Below are positions 48,880 to 57,172 of a stretch of DNA of 64,000 nucleotides, one piece after another. How positions within the stretch are numbered: position 1 is the stretch's first letter; every line of letters starts with the position of its first letter. The notes under the pieces were generated by a model. The model worked only from the letters and a program-made list of their open reading frames with translations. It had not been told where the DNA came from and did no database searches. The DNA lies in the NCBI GenBank assembly GCA_965216785.1, contig OZ244197.1, forward strand, positions 2,176,001 through 2,240,000, read 5' to 3'. This stretch comes from Thermodesulfobacteriota bacterium (GTDB lineage: Bacteria > Desulfobacterota_D > UBA1144 > Nemesobacterales > UBA2774). Both the position numbers and the translations under genes were made by a program.

Positions 48880-49956
48880 ATGGAAAGGTTGATATATAAC
48901 ATGTTAAGATCGTTGAATATTTTTACGTTAACGTTTGTCGCGGCGTTTGTGAGTATTCAGCTCTTAGGCGTTGAGTTATCGTACGCGCAAGCGGATAACG
49001 CTCAAACAGACAAACCCCAAATAAATAAATCAGAAGCAGATAAACCAGCCGAGCCCGCTAATGAAGGAGTCGGCCCTGAAGACGAGCTTTTGGATGTTAA
49101 GCTTAAAAAACCCGTTATGTATACATACGTTGAGGACGGGGACGAGAAACATAAGCTTGATTTCTACAGATACATAAGCCCCCGGCCCGGGCTTCGCCCA
49201 GTGCTTATATGGTTTCACGGAGGGGGTTGGGTAAAAGGCTCTAGGGAGTGGATAGACCCGATTGCTTTTGAGATCGCCTCGGTTGGGGAATATAACCTGA
49301 TCTCGGCTGACTACAGACTCGCGGACGATGAACGCGCCCCATGGCCGTTTATTGTCCATGACGTAAAGGCTGTAGTGAGGTGGGTAAAGCTGAACGCAAA
49401 GCAGCTCCGCGTGAATCCAAAGAAAATAATTGTCGGCGGGGAGTCCGCCGGAGCGCACCTGGCGGCGATGGTGGCGCTTTCTTCCGGAGTGCCTGAGCTG
49501 GAGGGCTCTGATAACCCCGGGGTTTCCTCGAGCGTCGCGGCGGCAGTGCTTTTCTACGGGCCTTATAATATGAAGACACTGGCCGAAAAAAAGCAAAAGT
49601 CGATCGAAAAAGGCAGGTGCCGGAAACCCAATTACTCAAGCCCGGTGCTTTATCTCCTGGACTGCCCGAATGTGGATCCGTCAACATACAACATTGACGG
49701 GTGTAAAGAAGAGGACGTGAAGCAGGCAAACCCAGCAACGCATCTTGACAGCGCTGACCCGCCCGTGTTTATCGCTCACGGGAAAGACGACTGTGTCGTG
49801 CCGTGGACGCAGGCAAGGGAGTTTGTGAAAGCCCTTGAAGAAGCGGGAGTGGACCATAAATTTGTTTCAGCAGAGGACGGGGAGCACAGGGTGTGGACTC
49901 TGGATGTGGAGGCCTCTGAAGTCGTAAGGTTTCTTGATAAGCGTATGGCCGAGTGA
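48880..49956 (+). CDS. alpha/beta hydrolase (HSL/BD-FAE-like), secreted paralog
   Basis: HGGGW, GESAGAHLAAMVALS.GVPELEGS.NPG nearly identical to 47016. Confidence 0.88.
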   Translation: MERLIYNMLRSLNIFTLTFVAAFVSIQLLGVELSYAQADNAQTDKPQINKSEADKPAEPANEGVGPEDELLDVKLKKPVMYTYVEDGDEKHKLDFYRYISPRPGLRPVLIWFHGGGWVKGSREWIDPIAFEIASVGEYNLISADYRLADDERAPWPFIVHDVKAVVRWVKLNAKQLRVNPKKIIVGGESAGAHLAAMVALSSGVPELEGSDNPGVSSSVAAAVLFYGPYNMKTLAEKKQKSIEKGRCRKPNYSSPVLYLLDCPNVDPSTYNIDGCKEEDVKQANPATHLDSADPPVFIAHGKDDCVVPWTQAREFVKALEEAGVDHKFVSAEDGEHRVWTLDVEASEVVRFLDKRMAE

Positions 49957-49968
49957 TATAGTCGGTAT

Positions 49969-50847
49969 ATGCTCCTTAATTTTCTGGCCCTGGTTTACGT
50001 ATCCATTGCCTGGGGCTCAGCATTCGTACTGATAAAATTCGCTGAAGAAACTATAGCGCCATTGACCGTGCAGGCGGGTCGGTGCACCATAGGCTTCCTG
50101 GCACTTCTTATTCTTTCGCTCGCGCTGAGGCGGGATATCGCGGGGCACGCGAAGTACTGGTTCGCGTTTCTTGTGTTCGCTATATTGGGAATAGTGTTTC
50201 TTTGGATTACGGTCGCGTTTGGAGAGAAGTACATATCCGCAGGGCTCGCGACCGTGATGGTTACCGTGTCGCCCCTGGTCACTTTCATAATAACTGTATT
50301 TATCACAAGAACTGAGAAATTCAGCATTACCGGTATCTTTGGGCTCGCTTTAGGTGTGGCGGGGCTTGTGCTGGTTGTGGGGATTAAGAATATTTCCGGC
50401 GGAAGCTCGATACTTATGGGCTCGCTTTTAATTATCGCAGGATTCAGCGTGTTCGCCGTAAACGGCATACTGGCGCCGAGGCTGGCAAGCGGTACGGACC
50501 CGATCGCTTCAAGCGCTTACTATACAGGGATGGCGACTGTTTTCTTATGGATATTCGCGCTAATATTCGAGAGTCCGCTCAAAACTCACCTTACACCGGC
50601 CAACTCTGCGGCGGAGATCGTTATGGGCGTGTTCAGCTTCGCAAGCGGCTTCGTCGTTTATTACTGGCTGCTTAACAGGGCCGGGGCGTTTTTTTCCTCA
50701 ATGACTTTTTACCTGATGCCGATCGTGGGAATAGTCGGAGGGTTTCTTATGTTCAGGGAGAAGATAACCGTAACTCAAGTCGCCGGAATCCTGGTCGTTT
50801 TTGCCGGTGTGTATTTGATAAACAGGGCGAAGTTTAAAGAGGGTTAA
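49969..50847 (+). CDS. DMT/EamA transporter 1
   Basis: WGSAF..IK, 10 TM, P..G......E. Confidence 0.9.
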   Translation: MLLNFLALVYVSIAWGSAFVLIKFAEETIAPLTVQAGRCTIGFLALLILSLALRRDIAGHAKYWFAFLVFAILGIVFLWITVAFGEKYISAGLATVMVTVSPLVTFIITVFITRTEKFSITGIFGLALGVAGLVLVVGIKNISGGSSILMGSLLIIAGFSVFAVNGILAPRLASGTDPIASSAYYTGMATVFLWIFALIFESPLKTHLTPANSAAEIVMGVFSFASGFVVYYWLLNRAGAFFSSMTFYLMPIVGIVGGFLMFREKITVTQVAGILVVFAGVYLINRAKFKEG

Positions 50848-50849
50848 AG

Positions 50850-51731
50850 ATGGCGAAGAATTTTGTAGTGCTACTGTACGTGGCGGGCGTATGGGCTTTG
50901 GCAATAGCGTTTATAAAATTTGAGGAAGCGGTGATTCCGCCTATAACTATTATGGCGGGGCGGGCGCTTTTAGCGTTTCTGACTCTATTTGTCGCTTCAC
51001 TGATAATGAAGAAGGACCTTCGGGGAAATGTTAAGCATATATGGCATTTTCTGGTCTTCGCTATACTGGGGATTACGCTTCTTTGGGTGGGGCTTGCTTT
51101 CGGGCAGGAGTATATATCCGTAGGGCTCGCCTCTGTACTTGTTACCACGCTGCCGCTGATTACATTTGTAATACTGGTGCTGATCCTGCGCCAGCAGCCT
51201 TTCAGAATTGTCGGATTCGCCGGGCTGTTGATAGGGTTTTTCGGGATACTGCTGGTTATAGGAATAGAGAAAGTCCTGCAAGGCGGCTCAACAATGCTGG
51301 GGGTTGTGCTGATAGGCGGCGGGTTCGTGTGTCTTGCGATTAACGGGATATTGGCGGCAAAGTGGGCGAGGGGGATTGACCCCGTAATTACGACTACATA
51401 TTTTCTGGGACTCGGCGCGGTTTTTTTGATCGCGTTCGCGTTTATATTTGAGAGTCCGTTGAAGACTCCATGGTCCGCCGATAACATTCTCTCGGAGCTT
51501 GCGCTCGGGGTGGTATGCACCGCCAGCGGGTATTTTGGGTATTACTATCTGCTTCGGAATTCCGGGGCGTATTTTACTTCTTTTATTTTCTATTTCATCC
51601 CTGTATTCGGACTGGCAGTCGGTTATATTGCATTTCACGAGAGGGTGACAATTGTTCAGATTGTCGGTGTAGTGCTTGTTTTAGCCGGGGTGTATTTGAT
51701 TAACCGAAAGGGGGCTGAGAAGAAAGGGTGA
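50850..51731 (+). CDS. DMT/EamA transporter 2
   Basis: Paralog of neighbours. Confidence 0.9.
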   Translation: MAKNFVVLLYVAGVWALAIAFIKFEEAVIPPITIMAGRALLAFLTLFVASLIMKKDLRGNVKHIWHFLVFAILGITLLWVGLAFGQEYISVGLASVLVTTLPLITFVILVLILRQQPFRIVGFAGLLIGFFGILLVIGIEKVLQGGSTMLGVVLIGGGFVCLAINGILAAKWARGIDPVITTTYFLGLGAVFLIAFAFIFESPLKTPWSADNILSELALGVVCTASGYFGYYYLLRNSGAYFTSFIFYFIPVFGLAVGYIAFHERVTIVQIVGVVLVLAGVYLINRKGAEKKG

Positions 51732-51744
51732 AAGAATTTGAGTG

Positions 51745-51822
51745 ATCACCCCCATCCTGACCTTCCCCCCTCAAGGGGGAAGGGAATAGAGGATTAGATC
51801 CTGAAACAAGTTCAGGATGACA
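51745..51822 (+). repeat. REP cluster (family C + family D GATCCTGAAACAAGTTCAGGATGACA)
   Basis: Two hairpins inside the EamA operon. Confidence 0.75.
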
Positions 51823-51825
51823 ATA

Positions 51826-52704
51826 ATGGTTAAAAACTTAATATTACTGATCTATTTGGGAGTGGTTTGGGGCGCCGGGTTTACGTTTATAAAGTTCGGG
51901 CTAAGAGATATGGGGCCGGTTACCGAGATGGCCGTGCGCTCTGTGATCGCATTCCTCGCTCTACTGATAATCTCGATAGTCTTAAAAAAAGATATTAAAG
52001 GTCACGCGAAGTACTGGTTCCCATACCTAATATTCGCGGTGCTCGGGATAGTGACGCTTTGGCTTGCGGACGCGTTCGGGATGGAATACATAACAGCGGG
52101 GCTCGGTTCTGTGATGGTTGCTGTCGCGCCGCTCGTTACCTTCATTATCACAGCGTTCATCTTGAGAGAGGACCGGGTGACCGTACTGAACGTTCTCGGT
52201 CTTTTGGTCGGGGTGCTCGGGCTCGTGCTGGTGGTCGGGATAGATCAGATAGTGGCGGGGGGTACGGTGATCATCGGCGTACTGATTGTAGCCGGCGGGT
52301 TCGTCATTTTCGCGATAAACGGCGTCATAGCCCCAAGGCTGGTGAAAGACGCAGACCCATTGGTTTCCGCGACTTACTTCATCGGGTTTGGATGTGTAAT
52401 TTTACTAATTATCGCATTCATACGGGAGGCTCCTTTAAGCGTCAAGATTACGGAAGACGTGATTATCAGCGAGCTTGGGCTTAGCCTGGTGTCCACGGCT
52501 AGCGGGTTTGTAGTCTTCTATTATCTTCTGGATAAGGCCGGGGCCTTATTTACTTCTACAGTCTTTTATCTCATGCCCGTTTTCGGAATGCTGAGCGGAA
52601 TTGTCTTCCTGGGTGACAGGATCGACGTTACTCAGGCAATTGGAATCGGGGTGGTGCTTTTGGGTATATATATGATTAATAGAGAAAAGTTCAGGAAGGA
52701 GTGA
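51826..52704 (+). CDS. DMT/EamA transporter 3
   Basis: Paralog; start MVKN aligns with MAKN of paralog 2. Confidence 0.9.
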   Translation: MVKNLILLIYLGVVWGAGFTFIKFGLRDMGPVTEMAVRSVIAFLALLIISIVLKKDIKGHAKYWFPYLIFAVLGIVTLWLADAFGMEYITAGLGSVMVAVAPLVTFIITAFILREDRVTVLNVLGLLVGVLGLVLVVGIDQIVAGGTVIIGVLIVAGGFVIFAINGVIAPRLVKDADPLVSATYFIGFGCVILLIIAFIREAPLSVKITEDVIISELGLSLVSTASGFVVFYYLLDKAGALFTSTVFYLMPVFGMLSGIVFLGDRIDVTQAIGIGVVLLGIYMINREKFRKE

Positions 52705-52708
52705 AGCT

Positions 52709-53593
52709 TTGCTATTTAACGTCATTTTACTCTTATACATCGCGTGCGTCTGGGCGTTTACGTTCATATTCGTTAAGGTCGAGGAAGTCGCGAATGTGGG
52801 GCCGTTAACTATAATCGCGGGGCGCGCAATTATAGCATTTCTGTGCCTTTTTATAGCTTCACTCATACTTAAAAAAGACCTTCTGGGGAATTTTAAGCAC
52901 ATTGGGAAGTTCTTGATTTTTACTCTTCTCGGTATAGTGGGCCTTTGGGTGACGCTGTCTGAAGGTCAGGAGTATATAAACGCGGGGCTTGCGTCCGTAA
53001 TGGTTACAACGGTGCCGCTTCTGACTTTTATAATCCTGGTATTCGTGCTGAGGGACGAGAGGTTTAGCTGGGTCGGCGTGGGCGGTCTTGTGCTTGGTTT
53101 TATCGGCATAGTGCTTGTGGTCGAGCTAAAGAACATCCTTGCCGGAGGGACGACAGCCGGGGGGTTTTTACTGATTGGATCAGGCTTTGTCATGTTCGCG
53201 GTAAGCGGCATACTGATCGGCAGGTGGGCAAGGAACATAGACCCTGTAGTATCAACGACATACCTTCTGGGCCTAGGCGGGATTATTCTCCTCGCGCTGG
53301 CATACATCTTCGAAAGCCCGCTTACATTCCCGATTACAAAGAAGAACGTCTTGAGTGAGCTTGGGCTGGGAATTCTTTCCACGGCGAGCGGGTATTTCGG
53401 TTATTACTACCTTCTTCATAAGGCCGGTACATACTTTTCAACATTTATATTCTATTTCATCCCCGTGTTCGGGCTGCTCGCCGGGTATCTGGTGCTGGGT
53501 GAGATGGTGAACATGTCCCAGATACTGGGAGTTCTGTTAATCATCAGCGGGGTTTATGTTATTAATTGGGAGAAGAGGAGGGGGAAGGGGTAG
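52709..53593 (+). CDS. DMT/EamA transporter 4
   Basis: Paralog; TTG start after AAGGAG. Confidence 0.9.
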   Translation: MLFNVILLLYIACVWAFTFIFVKVEEVANVGPLTIIAGRAIIAFLCLFIASLILKKDLLGNFKHIGKFLIFTLLGIVGLWVTLSEGQEYINAGLASVMVTTVPLLTFIILVFVLRDERFSWVGVGGLVLGFIGIVLVVELKNILAGGTTAGGFLLIGSGFVMFAVSGILIGRWARNIDPVVSTTYLLGLGGIILLALAYIFESPLTFPITKKNVLSELGLGILSTASGYFGYYYLLHKAGTYFSTFIFYFIPVFGLLAGYLVLGEMVNMSQILGVLLIISGVYVINWEKRRGKG

Positions 53594-53765
53594 AACCTCC
53601 CAACTTTTTTCTACTTCTACAAAAAGCTCCTTGTGTGATTCTGAGTATTGAGATAGTTTATGTTCTAAGGGATATGCTATATATAAACACTTGATAGCAT
53701 ATTGCTAGTGTGTATATGCTAACAGCAATATTCTCGTGCAATTTAGATTTGAGGAAACTAGCTGA

Positions 53766-53937
53766 TTCTCTTCTTTTGAATGATCAAAAGAAGCAAAAAT
53801 CACCCTCCCAGGCATGAATGACGCTAATAATGAATTACGCAAGTTAAAGTTCACAATTCGGCCCCAGCCCGTGTGAACTTTTTAACACTTACGTTCTTCA
53901 TTTTCTTAACGCTATTCATGCATGTCGGGAAGATTAA
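53766..53937 (+). repeat. ~170-nt structured element, copy B
   Basis: CTTCTTTTG.ATGATCAAAAGAAGCAAAAATCACC...AAAGTTCACA-loop-TGTGAACTTT...GGAAGATTAA. Confidence 0.85.
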
Positions 53938-53966
53938 TACAAAAGCAAATACAAAGACAAAAGATT

Positions 53967-54027
53967 AGATTCTGAAACGATACTGAATAGATCCCGGATC
54001 AAGTCCGGGACAAGGTTCAGAATGACA
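53967..54027 (+). repeat. nested REP (family D containing AGATCCCGGATCAAGTCCGGGA)
   Basis: GATTCTGAAAC...[TCCCGGATCAAGTCCGGGA]...TTCAGAATGACA. Confidence 0.7.
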
Positions 54028-54071
54028 CTGCCAAGAATGGATGGGGAATAGAGATAAAGGGGGTAGTAGAA

Positions 54072-54323
54072 GTGGATAATTTTTATATAGCTTTTGCGGT
54101 GTATTTGAATTTGATTTTTGTGGCGGCGAAGATTTGGGACAAGATCGGCTGGTCGTGGTTTTGGGTGATGACGCCGCTGATTGTCCTTACCGTGATCGGC
54201 GCTGTAGCGGCTACGGGGCAGGCCGCAAAGAAGAAAGAGCTTCGGGGAAACCTGGTGCAGAACCTTCAAACGCTGAGGGAGATGGTGGAAAACTCGAAGT
54301 CGAGGAGCGGGGACAAACATTGA
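54072..54323 (+). CDS. phage-type small transmembrane protein
   Basis: LIFVAAKIWDKIGWSWFWVMTPL resembles the phage K...I.WSW.WV..P motif. Confidence 0.65.
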   Translation: MDNFYIAFAVYLNLIFVAAKIWDKIGWSWFWVMTPLIVLTVIGAVAATGQAAKKKELRGNLVQNLQTLREMVENSKSRSGDKH

Positions 54324-54793
54324 TAAAGAGCTCGGGGAGACAGCTCATTTATCAACACATCCAGGAAGCCCTGCTGCATTACTCACGATACAAACGCGGA
54401 GAAGGTGTACCGCACCTGTTGAGAGCCTATCTGGAAACGCTCGAAGAGCAGTCCGTTGTAGCAAACTACGTGCTCGGGCTTAAGCTGCTGGAGCACAAGG
54501 CCGTGACGATGTACCTGGACGGGAAGCGTGTGCGGGTGATACGGAAGGCTGAGGTATTCAAGAAGAATGATGTATCACTTACACAGATACGGGTGTGGAT
54601 TTACGGCGACCGTGAGCAGTTCGGGCTTGTGAACACGATGTTCGGGGTGTTTATGCGCCAGGCCAGTTTTTGCCCGTTCTGTCATGACCAGAAGCGCTGG
54701 GGAGACGGGGGGTATCAGAAGCGTCTTCACGGGAGCGTGTGTCCGCATAGGGAGATGTGGGAGGAGGAGAGGGAGGCTGAGTGTGATGCGTAA
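54320..54793 (+). CDS. hypothetical phage protein with CxxC...H...CxH motif
   Basis: TTG overlaps upstream TGA; FCPFCH...HGSVCPH. Confidence 0.55.
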   Translation: MIKSSGRQLIYQHIQEALLHYSRYKRGEGVPHLLRAYLETLEEQSVVANYVLGLKLLEHKAVTMYLDGKRVRVIRKAEVFKKNDVSLTQIRVWIYGDREQFGLVNTMFGVFMRQASFCPFCHDQKRWGDGGYQKRLHGSVCPHREMWEEEREAECDA

Positions 54794-54837
54794 CCTAGAT
54801 TGCTACAATGTGCATGCAATCTGACAATATGAAATCA

Positions 54838-55008
54838 TTTCTTCTTTTGCATGATCAAAAGAAGCAAAAATCACCGGCTAGGTAGAAATGACGCTAAAAG
54901 TTAATTATTACGGCTAAAGTTCACAATTCTACCCACACCCCGTGTGAGCTTTTTAACGCCGTCCTAATCAACTTTCTTAACGCTATTTCCACATGCCGGG
55001 AAGATTAA
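54838..55008 (+). repeat. ~170-nt structured element, copy C
   Basis: Same conserved blocks as copy B, with different but paired stems. Confidence 0.85.
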
Positions 55009-55036
55009 AGGCTACTACAACAACATAAAACAAAAG

Positions 55037-55696
55037 ATGAAAGAGATCGTTGAAAGGAAGGAGTGGGAGAAGAGGGGGAGTGAGACGGGGAAGGCGTATG
55101 AGGGGTTTCGCGTTTACCGGGACATGGGGCCTGCGAGGAGTTTGTCCGCCGCCGCATCGCATGTCGGCAAGTCACTCAGGCTTTTCAAGAAGTGGTCTAC
55201 CGTGCACGGCTGGGTGAAGAGGGCCGAGGCTTATGATGAGTATATGGAGCACCGCTCCCGGGACGTGGTGGAGCGAAAGCTCGAAGACGTAAACCACGCT
55301 CACCTGGATTTGGCGAAGAGCGCGCGCGAGTCTGTGATGGTGCCGCTGCAGGCTCTCCTCAAGAGGATAGAGAAGATAAACGAGGACGGGAATTTTTCGG
55401 CTGAAGAGTTTGAGAATATCCCGGTGGATAAGCTGATTAATATCGCCCGACCTTATGTGAAGCTTGCGCTCGATGTGATTAAGCTCGAAAGGTTACTGTA
55501 CGGGCTGCCGACCCAGACGATTAAGACAGAGGGGACGATAGGGCACGAGGTGAGCCACGACATCAGGGTCGTGAATGAATTTATCGAATCGCTGCCGGAA
55601 GAGGAGCTGCTGCGGATTGTCAGAGACTCGAAAAAACAAAGCGCTAAAGAAAACGGATCCGCTGAGCAAGTACCTGCTGGGCCGGGCAAAGGATAG
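55037..55696 (+). CDS. terminase small subunit-like protein
   Basis: WE....E..KAYE.F..YRDMGP.RSL...A...GKS.....WS....W..RA.AYD N-terminal HTH; directly upstream of a TerL fragment. Confidence 0.7.
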   Translation: MKEIVERKEWEKRGSETGKAYEGFRVYRDMGPARSLSAAASHVGKSLRLFKKWSTVHGWVKRAEAYDEYMEHRSRDVVERKLEDVNHAHLDLAKSARESVMVPLQALLKRIEKINEDGNFSAEEFENIPVDKLINIARPYVKLALDVIKLERLLYGLPTQTIKTEGTIGHEVSHDIRVVNEFIESLPEEELLRIVRDSKKQSAKENGSAEQVPAGPGKG

Positions 55697-55871
55697 CCTG
55701 CTCACCTACACCGAGCTTACTTACCCGAAATACAGGGCCAACTGGCACCACGAGCTGATAATCGAGCGCCTGGACTCGGTCGCAAAGGGGGATATCCGGA
55801 GGCTGATGATCCTGGTGCCGCCGCGCTACGCTCGCAATGACGACTTTGAAAGATGGGATTCCGGGTCGTAG
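55575..55871 (+). pseudogene. terminase large subunit, N-terminal fragment
   Basis: YPKYRANWHHELI...L..V..G..RRLMILVPPRY (typical Walker A lead-in PPR[HY]GKS), then reads into a REP and stops; start uncertain. Confidence 0.75.
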
Positions 55872-55980
55872 CCCGGAATGACTTATATGTTCACCCCCAT
55901 CCTTTATCCTTCCCCCTGAAATGGGGAGGAGAAAGAAAGGTTAACTAATCCCCCTTTATTCCCCCTTTGCGAAAGGGGGA
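55820..55980 (+). repeat. REP cluster (truncated family A, GGATTCCGGGTCGTAGCCCGGAATGAC, two family C hairpins)
   Basis: Four adjacent hairpins. Confidence 0.75.
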
Positions 55981-55991
55981 GATGTTGTTGG

Positions 55992-56399
55992 TTATGAGAA
56001 GTGTTTGTAGAGGGTTAGAGCGATGAGGGCGGTGGAGAGTATGAGCAAGATGTTTCGGAATGAGACGCCCAGGATGGCGCGCCGGGTCTGCGGTATGTCG
56101 TATGGCGAGACGATGTTGTGCTCGCCTATGAGCTGAATGGCTTTTGGTGAGGCGAGCGGGATCATGGAGTTACTTTCACATTTGGGGCAGACGCAGGATT
56201 TGATTTTGTACCTGGTGATGGTGTAAAAGAGCGCTATGAAGAATATGATGGAGGCCGGAAACCAGAGGTCTGTGTAGAAAGCTCCGAGCAGCGCGAAGAA
56301 GAATGCCAGGCCCCAGAGGGTGAATTCGGTTTTGAAATTGCCGTAGGAGCTGGAGGCTTCCTCGCCGATGTAGAAGCATTGGGTGCAAAGTTTTTTCAT
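55992..56399 (-). CDS. membrane protein with split zinc-ribbon (CxxC-TM-TM-CxxC)
   Basis: CTQC...TM hairpin...CPKC; start moved to MKKLC because the upstream extension is repeat D. Confidence 0.7.
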   Translation of the reverse strand: MKKLCTQCFYIGEEASSSYGNFKTEFTLWGLAFFFALLGAFYTDLWFPASIIFFIALFYTITRYKIKSCVCPKCESNSMIPLASPKAIQLIGEHNIVSPYDIPQTRRAILGVSFRNILLILSTALIALTLYKHFS

Positions 56400-56453
56400 T
56401 GTTATTAGGATACCCGGCTTCGTTTGCAACTTCGCCACAGGTAGTTTTAATAC

Positions 56454-56625
56454 TTTCTCTTCTCTTGCATGATCAAAAGAAGCAAAAATCACCGACGGTA
56501 CGTAAATAACTAAAAATAGCTTATTCAAACGAAACTTCACAATTCCACCCACACCCCGTGTGAAGTTATAGACGCTTTCATTGCGCAATTTTCTTAACAT
56601 TATTTGCGTAATGTCGGAAGCTTAA
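56454..56625 (+). repeat. ~170-nt structured element, copy D
   Basis: Same blocks; AACTTCACA-ATTCCACCCACACCCCG-TGTGAAGTT. Confidence 0.85.
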
Positions 56626-56656
56626 AGACAAAAGCAAATACAAAGACAAAAAGATG

Positions 56657-56768
56657 AGATTCAGTATCGGAGTCTGGGATGACTGCGTAAGGATGAGATT
56701 GCCGCGCTATGCTCGCAATGACAATTAATTACTAATCCTCCCTAACCCTCCTTTGCGAAAGGAGGGGA
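56657..56768 (+). repeat. REP cluster (degenerate D-like, family A, family C-like)
   Basis: GAGATTGCCGCGCTATGCTCGCAATGACA; CCCTCCTTTGCGAAAGGAGGG. Confidence 0.7.
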
Positions 56769-56858
56769 TAAAAAGGCAACTCTGTGGTTTTGGGGGTGTG
56801 CCGGAGGTTGGTGAATGGACCCCCGGCACGGCGTAATGAAATAACACAACTTGTGTAT

Positions 56859-57161
56859 TTATTGCGGTATGGTCACTTCTATGGTGACGTCTTCAATGGG
56901 GAAGTTGATACCATTTTCAACTATGATGTCTATTCCCTCGTCTGAATACACCGGAACCATGGACCTGCTGCCATAGCATCTATTGCAACTATCTTCATAA
57001 GATATTGCATACATTAGATTATCTGACGCAAATTCAAACATGCGGACCATGGAAAGCATGACCTCAACGCAGTTGTATCTGGTAGAATACTCAACCAGGA
57101 ACATGCTGGAAACAAGTAACGGCGCTGACCAAGTCATCCTTCTTTTATCGTGATCACCCAA
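56859..57161 (-). CDS. hypothetical protein or gene fragment
   Basis: ORF directly downstream of sigZ; weak start. Confidence 0.3.
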   Translation of the reverse strand: MGDHDKRRMTWSAPLLVSSMFLVEYSTRYNCVEVMLSMVRMFEFASDNLMYAISYEDSCNRCYGSRSMVPVYSDEGIDIIVENGINFPIEDVTIEVTIPQ

Positions 57162-57172
57162 CCCAAACAGCT

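Larger units (their letters stand above)
54072..55871 (+). mobile_element. prophage remnant (late-gene/packaging fragment)
   Basis: Phage-type small membrane protein, Zn-finger hypothetical, TerS-like gene and truncated TerL; no integrase or structural genes. Confidence 0.65.

Noticed and set aside
53934-54320. 128-aa minus-strand ORF and the 54134 upstream extension
   Set aside because: Shadow frames over a REP and the phage membrane gene
55628-55640. Programmed -1 frameshift fusing TerS and TerL at the A-run
   Set aside because: The TerL frame is +1 relative to TerS, so a -1 slip would not join them
56400-56600. N-terminal extension of ORF 55992..56600
   Set aside because: It is the antisense read-through of repeat copy D
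53766-56625. CRISPR array or classical integron attC interpretation of the repeats
   Set aside because: Units are ~170 nt, spaced over 1 kb and divergent; no cas or intI gene; I could not identify RYYYAAC/GTTRRRY ends
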